DNA from: Schmidtea polychroa
Taxonomy: Eukaryota
DNA: 64,000 bases
Direction: 5' to 3'
Assembly: GCA_044892525.1 (NCBI GenBank)
Contig: CM097885.1
Coordinates: 29,514,001 to 29,578,000 of the forward strand
The translations under genes and the position numbers were made by a program. Below, in pieces: positions 55,319 through 64,000 of this stretch (within the stretch, counting starts at the first letter, position 1; each line of letters starts with the position of its first letter). A model generated the notes under the pieces. It did no database searches, had not been told where the DNA came from, and worked only from the letters and a program-made list of their open reading frames with translations.

Positions 55319-56125
55319 ATGATAAATATTAATGATAAATATAAACACATTCAAACCATTCAGTCATCAACAACAAGTGAAGTATATATTGCAGAAAATA
55401 ATTCCCAGAACAATAAAAGGAACAAAACTGTAGTGATTAAAAAAATTCACAAATCTGAAAATATCTTATTTACACAGAATTCAAATTATCCATTTCGTAT
55501 TCCATTGGAAATGCATTTTAATCAATTAATTAATGATGATGAAATTTGCCCTAAGATTCTTGATTTCTTTCAAGACGACAAAGAATTTTCAATTGTTATG
55601 GAGCATTTGACCGGTAAATGGGCTGAACTAGAGGAGTACATTATGGAGAAAAAGCGACAAGAAAGATGTGTTAAAAGAATTGCAGAAAATGTAATAATTG
55701 CTATTGAAAAATTAATCGATAAAGGCATTTATCATCTCGATATCAAACCTGAAAATATATTTGTAAATAAAACAACATATCAGGTAAAGATTATTGATTA
55801 TGAAGACGCTCTCTTTGATAATGTGATGAAGTACCCTAAAACTAACAGTTATGCTGGAACAGTTGGATATTGCAGTCCGGAGGTATTACTTCGTCAAACA
55901 TTTGATGTGAACAAAAGTGTTGTATTCATGTTAGGCGCTCTATTTTACAAATGCATGGAAAGAAAACTTCCATATCTATTAAAAAACAATTTCTACATTA
56001 AGGATATAATATTTTATAGGTCTTCAGAAACATTACAAAAGTTAGTTAACAAATGTCTGGATTATAATCCTACAAATAGAATGACCATAAATGAAATACG
56101 CAATGACATTTGGTTTCAATCTTAA
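55319..56125 (+). CDS. Intronless divergent Ser/Thr protein kinase, PIM/CAMK-group-like (268 aa)
   Basis: VVIKK, IPLE, IYHLDIKPEN, KIIDYE, GTVGYCSPE, CL..NP..R.T; intact ORF; AATAAA at ~56154. Confidence 0.85.
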   Translation: MININDKYKHIQTIQSSTTSEVYIAENNSQNNKRNKTVVIKKIHKSENILFTQNSNYPFRIPLEMHFNQLINDDEICPKILDFFQDDKEFSIVMEHLTGKWAELEEYIMEKKRQERCVKRIAENVIIAIEKLIDKGIYHLDIKPENIFVNKTTYQVKIIDYEDALFDNVMKYPKTNSYAGTVGYCSPEVLLRQTFDVNKSVVFMLGALFYKCMERKLPYLLKNNFYIKDIIFYRSSETLQKLVNKCLDYNPTNRMTINEIRNDIWFQS

Positions 56126-56279
56126 TTTTGATAATGCTGTGTGGAATGTTTGCAATAAATTATTTGTGATAAGTGATGAGAAAGTGCAGTGAAAAGAGTT
56201 TTTAATGATTGATTTCTTCAATTAGCTGTTAAAGATACTTTGTCCTTTTTTCAAAGATCGAAAAAGTTAAAAAAGTTAA

Positions 56280-58560
56280 TATATACAAATTAATAATATA
56301 TAACAAAATACAAATTTTAAACAATTATTTTTTAAAAATAATTTTCAATAATCATTATTTTATTTTACTTATTTTTAATTATTTTAACATAACTATTATT
56401 AATTATTATAATATGTGTAATAATATATTATTATAATATATTATAATATATTATTATAATATTATAATATATTATAATATATTATTATAATATTATAATA
56501 AATGTATGCTGAGTGCAAGTAAGATTGAGTATGTTGATAAAAATAAAAAACAGAATATTAAGAATTTTTTGGTACTGAATAAATTGTAAATTTGATAAAG
56601 GAAATGGATTTGTGATTTGGACCATAATGTTTAAGTGAATAAATTAAAAGAAGTACTCTCAGGTTCTCAATTTTCAAAAATCGATAAATTTCGAATAAAT
56701 GGAGATTGCCACTTCTAAAGGATGAAGTGATTTTGAATACTATGTTGTGTGATTTGGTTAAGATAAGATAAGATAAGATAAGATAACAGCTAAATTATAC
56801 GGACTTCCAAAAGTGCATAAAGACATGAGTTCCCATGAGACCTGCTTTATCTATGGTCGAAACAGCTCAATATAAAATAGCGAAGTATTTGGGTGGATTA
56901 TTAAAACCCTTAATAAAATCTGAGTTTGAATGTAAGGATAGTTTCGAATTTGCATCATGTATAGGACAATTGAATAAAAATAATGTTAATGAGTGTATGG
57001 TTTTGTTTTATGTATGTAGTTTATTTACTAATGTCCCGATGAAAGAAACAATCGATTTATGTTGTGAATTATGGAATCAAAATATTAATGCGCATAAAAT
57101 ATGTGATGGAAATGTATTTAAGAAGCTTTTTTTAGTTTGCAACTTCCAAAGTTAATTTTGTTTTTAATAATGGTATGAACAAATTGATGGAGTGGCTATG
57201 GGTTTGCCCTTAGCGTCAACAATGGCGTCAATATTTTTGGCATGTTTAGATAAGAAAATTGCTTCTTTTCAATATGAAAAACCAATTGTGTATAAAAGAT
57301 ATGTTGATGATATTTTTCTAATATTTAAAAATAAGGAACATGTGAAACCTTGTTTGCATTACACGAATGGATTGCATAAGAACATTGTATTCACATGTGA
57401 AACTGAGAAGGATTCATCCATAGCATTTCATGACTTGTTAATTAAACGTAAAGATGAACAATATGAAAAAGAAATTTACAAAAAACCAACAGATACCTTT
57501 ATACTACCCAGAGAGTTTTTGTGAATTTAAATATAAAAGAAACATGGTGAAAGGATTGGTTTATCTATGATGGTGCTTATCTTCCACTTTTAAAAATTCA
57601 GTAAAAAGTGTAGATAAATTAGTTGAATTACTGGTGAATTACTCTGTACTCAAAACGGTTTTTTTTGTTAACGTTGAAAGAGACTGTTGATAAATGTATG
57701 AATAATGCTAAGGATCGTAGTATGGATGAATGTAAATTGACTGATATGTCGAATGATGTAGTGAATATGACTATTGATACTAACAAACAAGATTAGCCAA
57801 AATATACGATGGTATTGCCGTATTCTGAAGATATAAAGATTTCAAAAGAAAGATTGGTAAACAGCTGGGTACATAAAATTATAGAATTGTTTCAAAATCG
57901 TGCTTAGTACATAGTATATTTGTTAGTAAATCTCAAACGCCGGTTGGATTGTGTTCGGATCTCGTTTATCAATTCACATGTAATGGGTGTAATACCACAT
58001 GCATTGGAGAGACTTCCCGTCATCTCTGTACTCGAGTTCAAGAAAACTGTCGACCGAAGAGAGTATCCAATATTAAGAATCACAATAAAGTCTGTATGAG
58101 AGAATTAAGAATGTCTGATTTTAAAATCTTATCAAAAAATTTGAAAATTGTTTTGAGCGTCTGATATGTGAAGCATTATTGATAAGAACTTTTAATTCTA
58201 AAATCAATGTGCAGAATGCAGTGAATACGTGTGTGTTAAATGTTTTTAATAATATTTTTGTATGTTGATGTATATTGAATAATAGTTATGTTAAATAATT
58301 CAAAAAATAATTAAAATAATATTTTTTAAATAATTTTAAAAGTTTAAATATTATTGATTATTGGAAATTATTTTTTAAAAAAATAATTGTTTAAAATTTA
58401 TAGATTTTATAAATTGTTTATATATTATTAATATAGAATTGTTATTCATCCGTCATGAATGTAGTTAACCTGATGATGATAGTGATCCTATCGAAATATA
58501 TAGTGAAAAGGATGTACGAATGGCGATTTTAATTAATAAAATATTTAATGTGTTTATTTA
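56280..58560 (+). mobile_element. Degenerate Penelope-like retroelement: inverted pLTR piece, RT, GIY-YIG endonuclease, 3' pLTR
   Basis: DKGNGFVI (~56594), P.RP..S, SLFTNVP, G.AMGLPLA, YKRYVDDIF and LVYQFTCNGCNTTCIGETSR. 56288-56420 is a reverse-complement copy of 58265-58435. Confidence 0.9.
58465..58507 (+). ncRNA. Minimal type-I hammerhead ribozyme motif in the Penelope pLTR
   Basis: ttaac-CTGATGA-t-GATAG-tgatc-CTATC-GAAA-tata-TA-gtgaa; canonical core, stem I has one mismatch. Confidence 0.7.
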
Positions 58561-60479
58561 AGTATTCTTTTAAATGATATTCGCCTTAATTATTTAATAT
58601 TTTTTCTCTATATTTTCTCGACCAATCTAGAGAAGTAAGACTGAATATTAGATTTTGGCATTACATTTAATTTACTACAGTATTTCAGATATTTCTTTTC
58701 AGACTCTGCCTTTCTGTGGTGACTATTTTGTTAGGGTGACTAAATATAACGTATCTATATTTAGTAATTAAATATTAACTAAAATAAATAATAATTATAA
58801 ATAGTAATAAATAAATAATAAATCTCTATAAATAATAAGTAATAAAAAATAGTAATTTTTGATTTAGACTTTTAATATAAAAGGTCACATTACAAATAGA
58901 AAAACAGGTAGCGGAGAAATCACAGAAAGACTAAATATTTAATCAACATCAAGTATTCAACTAATGGCTCATAAATTGCTTTTATTACCGGAAATTCGAA
59001 TAAAACGAGGAACGGATAATTATCGGGTTAATTGCATTCAAACTTCTAGTGGATATTAATATAGTATAAATATTTGAAAGGAAGAGATAATCACTGTCGA
59101 TAATTTTTCGAGATATCGGAATATTTGAGAATATATATTAAACCTGAAGTAATAACTTTTTGTCGTTACATTACCAATTAAAAGCAAATCGTATCACAAA
59201 AGCAATCTTGCAGAAACTGAAACTGGTCATCATTTATTTGATAGACCATGTTGTAACAGTTCGAGCGGGGAACTGTAGGGGAACTGTATTGTGCGAATTT
59301 ATTTAGAGCATTAAATAGAAGAGGGTAGGTCATCTAGGATAACGTTACTGCCAAATATCTGGGTAGTAATCGATCGCGGTAAAATTTTGGTAACCCTCGT
59401 CTTTTTTCGGTATTTGTTGAGAGGAGTTGTTGATCAATTAGGATCTTGCATAGCCTTCTTAGAAGTATCTGGGGAGGATTTTTATAACCTATATGTTTTC
59501 TTTTGCTATTTGCGACAACATTTTGGGTAACATGTTTTATTGTTATTTTAACTTGTGTGTTTAAATCATATTTTTATTTATAAATAATCTATTTGATTCA
59601 AAAGTCGTGATGTGTTCTTATTTTATTGAACACAGATGTTTGGAGTTAGATCGAGAGAATGTGTTAGTTGTACAAGAACCTTAGAACATCTTGTATAAGA
59701 ACCTAAAGATTTCAATTATTTAACAAGTTCCTTCTAACTCTTTTGATTTCGAGGAAAACATCATAAATTTTAATAAGTTAAAGTAAAAGTATTATGCTTT
59801 GATGGAATTTCAGAACATAACAAAATTCAACTAATTAATGCCTTCAAAAATGACGAAGATTACTATGAATTTGAAAAATTACTGAGAATCACCAAAAAAA
59901 TTGATTGGAACAATAATTCAAAGAAAGAGGATTAAGAAAAACTTAATAAACTATTTTATTCATGTATGACGCTTCTTAAAATGTATTAAAAAATTAATGT
60001 GTTTGACGATCACTTTCTTTAAAAAATTATAATTCAAAATTGATTTAACCTACATTTTATCGAAATAATTTCAAAATAATTCTAAAATAAATTTCATGCA
60101 TAAATTTCTAATAAAATCTGAAAAGTAATTTTAAATCAATTATAATATAAATTTTGACTAAAAGTAATATTTAAGAACTTGAATAATGATCTCATAGTTA
60201 TATAAAATCAAAATTCAACCCTTAAAATTTATTTACAATTTAAAATCTTACTTGAAAGCCATTTATAAAATGTTTGATATTACACATTAACTAAATTTTC
60301 ACAATACTGGTGAGGTATCTATAATTGGTGTACACACTAACCTCTGCTTTTATTCTGAGAAACATTTCCTAAATAATGACTTTCATATAAATAAAACTTA
60401 ATGCTGGTTTTGCTTTTTCTGCTCTTTTAAATAACCTCATTTTATCATATAGTGAATTGATTTTTCTCAGACGGACTAA

Positions 60480-60830
60480 AGTGCTTTGAAAAGTATCAAG
60501 TAGATCACTTTATAATAGTTATTATACCTATTGTATACGAAATGAATTATAATTTGACTTCCAAGCTCTAGACCAAAACTCCATTCCTCAATAACAATAA
60601 AACCTTAGTATGATTCTAAATCAGGTTACCATGATGGAAACAACCTTAAATTATACCTATCTTCTATCTTTGTCAATTTAGAAATTGCTGTAATGATTTT
60701 TAATTAAATTTCTTCTATCACAAAAACAATTTGGCTTCGTTTTCTTAACTTTTTAAGGATTCTTTGCCATCAATTGTTCAATTTACAGCCAAATGTCACG
60801 ATTATCAAGCTCAAGAACTCACTAGGTTGA
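60480..60830 (+). mobile_element. Possible highly decayed non-LTR (LINE) RT fragment
   Basis: LLSQKQFGF (cf. ..QFGFR) and an LNY.PI-like stretch; heavily disrupted. Confidence 0.3.
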
Positions 60831-61278
60831 TTAATGACTTTAATTAATTAATTAATTTGTAATTTTAAGTAAAATTGCTTAGGGACCTCCTCATCTATTT
60901 GAAACTGCTATATGGTATTTAGTTGCTACTTACCAAAATATTTCCCTTTGAAAAATGTTAATTTTTAATTTTTGCTAATTTTATATTTAATTTTAAATGC
61001 ATTTTACACAATCTTTTGTGTCGTTAACATAATTTTCATGACCTCAACAACTGGAAAATTTGCAAATTCTGCAAATCAAGTAAGACCCTAAAATTCAGAT
61101 ATTTTTTAAAAATTTAATTTATCTTATGAATTCAAAAAATTAAAATTTTTAAATATTTAAACAACATACAAATAAAAATCAATGGTCAATAATTTAAACA
61201 ATTCACTTGAATTTTCTACAGTTTTTTGGTATTCCACGCAGATACTCTCTCGTCTTAGAGGGAATGTTGTTATATAAT

Positions 61279-61459
<181 letters not shown>

Positions 61460-61532
61460 AAACATATTAAATTAAACATATTTAATTAAACATAATAATT
61501 ATTAAACATACATGGCAACGATGTAATTATAA

Positions 61533-61677
61533 GAAAGCGCCACTCAAACAATCGTTTTACGATATATTTTGACAGTTTTCCTCTCATCGTCAGGTAGGAT
61601 ACAATAACCATGTACCATGTGATGACAGGAAAACTATCGAAATTTATCTTAAAACAAATGTTTGAGTGGTGCTTTTT
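61533..61677. mobile_element. Inverted pair of pLTR-like fragments (family C) with decayed hammerhead motifs
   Basis: Minus strand tac-CTGACGA-tgagag-gaaaa-ctgtc-aAAA-tata-TC-gta; the + arm has gatgacaggaaaactatcGAAA. Confidence 0.55.
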
Positions 61678-62311
61678 TATTATTATGATAACAGTAATAA
61701 TATTAATTATATAAAAATATAGTAATAATTTATGAACGAAATCACCATTATAAAATGAACATTTTAAAATTTCAATCTTGTCATGAATTATTTCCTAATA
61801 TTCCCAATAATTTTGACCTACTGAAATGTTGAATTTGAACTTTTTCAAGTACCTAATTCAGTTTGTATATTGCCGGAAATTAAAATTAGATAAATTAATG
61901 GATTAATAATTTATAATTTTTCCTTTTTCTTAATGAAAAAAAATACTAATCGTCTATTTAATAATATGTGATATTTTTTAATTGGAAAATTATTTTTAAA
62001 ATTTGTATTTTTAAAATTTGCAGTGAAGAAAATATGGAATACAAACTTTAAATTGTTTTTAGTGTGACTTCATACGAACATTATTATTCTCATTTATATA
62101 CTTAATTGCAATTTAAAGAATCTAAAAATGAAATCAATCTGTAATTGAAAAATAATTTTTAGATTTTTCATTCTTTTAGTCAGAGAAAGTATCTAGAATT
62201 AATTTTAAACATCAAAAATACTTTAAACTAAATTCAACTAAGTTTAGATAACCCTAAAATCAAGAAAAGTATAATAGCAAAGTTTTGTGTATTTCCCGTA
62301 ATTTTTTGTAG

Positions 62312-62344
62312 ACACTTGATAAAGGCTGTGCCGAAATATCGTGT
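62312..62344 (+). ncRNA. Minimal hammerhead ribozyme motif, U3-A8 variant
   Basis: acac-TTGATAA-a-GGC-tgt-GCC-GAAA-ta-TC-gtgt: perfect 4-bp stem I, 3-bp stem II, palindromic ATAT stem III. Confidence 0.65.
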
Positions 62345-64000
62345 ACCTTACATATTGTTTTGATCTATATCCTTACAAACATTAATATGAAAATTATGGA
62401 ATTTAAAAAAATCAAAGTTGAAACCAAAAGATATATTAATAATAATATTAATAATATTAATAATAATTGCAACTAAGTGCGGTGAATATAATACTTATTT
62501 ACATTAAAATATTTAAATGTAATAGTTATAATATAGTATTTAATTAATTAATTAATTAATTAATTAATTAAAGATTTATTAAATTATAAATATTTAAAAA
62601 GTGGTGCAAATATAAATTTTATGTACAAAAAATTGTGTACAACATAAAAAATTAAATGTAACAAAATTCAAATAAATTAATTTAAATCCAAAATTAATTA
62701 AATATTTTTTATGGAGAAACGTATGGGCGTGTAGAAAATTAAAAAATAAGTAGAAATATAATTATTTAAAGATGCTAGATCATATTTGTATTAGTTATTC
62801 TGAGTCGGTCTCCAATCAAGTTACCTGCTCTCTAAAGGAATGACTAGGAGAACTACTTGTGAACATTGATATTTACATTGAACATTGACGATTTAACACG
62901 TGTGATCATTGTATTGACAAATAAGAATATGTATTGGTTTTTGTCATTTAAATATAAAGAACACATAATCAAATTATTAACTAGTATCCTACCGAAACAA
63001 TTTTAATAACCCACCAAATTTAGAAATTATCCCTAGGCTGTACATTCTAAGTTATCGAATAAATTGGAGTATTTTCATTTTTGTATATTTTATTGTCAGT
63101 TAAACTAGATATTACTGTGAACTCTGCACATTTAAAAATGTATTTTTATTTAAAAAATATATTTCTCTTTCTTTTCAAATGACAATTAATCAATAAATTA
63201 AAATTAAACAGGTTTATGTTAATCATATGTATAATTTGTTTATATGAAATGACAAAAAAATGAAAATATTTCAGTAATGCCAAGTCATATTTTTACTGAT
63301 TATATTTATGTAATTGCTTTAAATATAATTATTACTAATATAATTGTTATTAATATAATTGCTATTAATATAATTGTGTGATTATTTCTATTAGCATTGT
63401 AGTGAATAATATTGCTTTTCCATTATATTTAATAACACTGTAATTTGCCAAAACTCGAGAATAACTTTATAAACATAAATTAATATTTTCTAATTAATTT
63501 TTAGAAAACATTTTACCTCTTTCTATTATTTAATTTTAAAATGTGCTTTATAAAATTGAAAAAATATATTTTTTATTTTTATCAAGATTATTATTGTTTT
63601 TACATCAGGCGTGTTTTAATTGATAGGCTTCCTGTCTTATTTTATTAGTAGAAAATACTGAACTTTTAAGCAAGACTATATTTATAAATTATAACGCAAT
63701 GATATATTTTAATTTAAAAATTTTATTTTTATATTTTAGTTATATATATAATCGTTATTAATATTTTACTTTTATGAAATATTTTATTTGTCATAACTAA
63801 AATTGAAAATACTGTATACGACATTATTTAATAAACCCATTTGTGCACATTGTGACTAATTATGAAAATCTGTCATTAATTTGATTACGCCACAGCATAA
63901 TCAGGGCCAGTGGTCCTATTTGTGATGATAAATATGTTGGGGTTCATCTAGAGTTTAAAAAGATTAAAATCAAAGATTAAGAGAAAAAAGCTATTGTCGA

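Overview
Very AT-rich eukaryotic (animal) genomic DNA with many (ATT)n and (TA)n microsatellites and short introns. The composition is compatible with a planarian/flatworm-type genome, but that assignment is inference. Host coding content is sparse: three immunoglobulin-domain exons on the + strand (~1.75, ~17.0 and ~21.7 kb), an intronless divergent PIM/CAMK-like kinase (55319-56125) and a decayed actin pseudogene missed by the ORF track (~28.0-28.3 kb, minus). The dominant structure is a 14,544-bp element (34554-49097) with AGTAGT.../...ACTACT termini and a perfect 6-bp target-site duplication (AAAGTA), both Polinton/Maverick hallmarks. It has no recognisable Polinton genes and is almost entirely a palindrome, with ~6.9-kb arms around a 672-bp spacer. 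The window also holds decayed Penelope-like retroelements, several families of minimal hammerhead-ribozyme motifs (mostly U3-A8 core variants, often as inverted pairs), hAT and pogo/Tigger remnants, MITEs and a gag zinc-knuckle relic.
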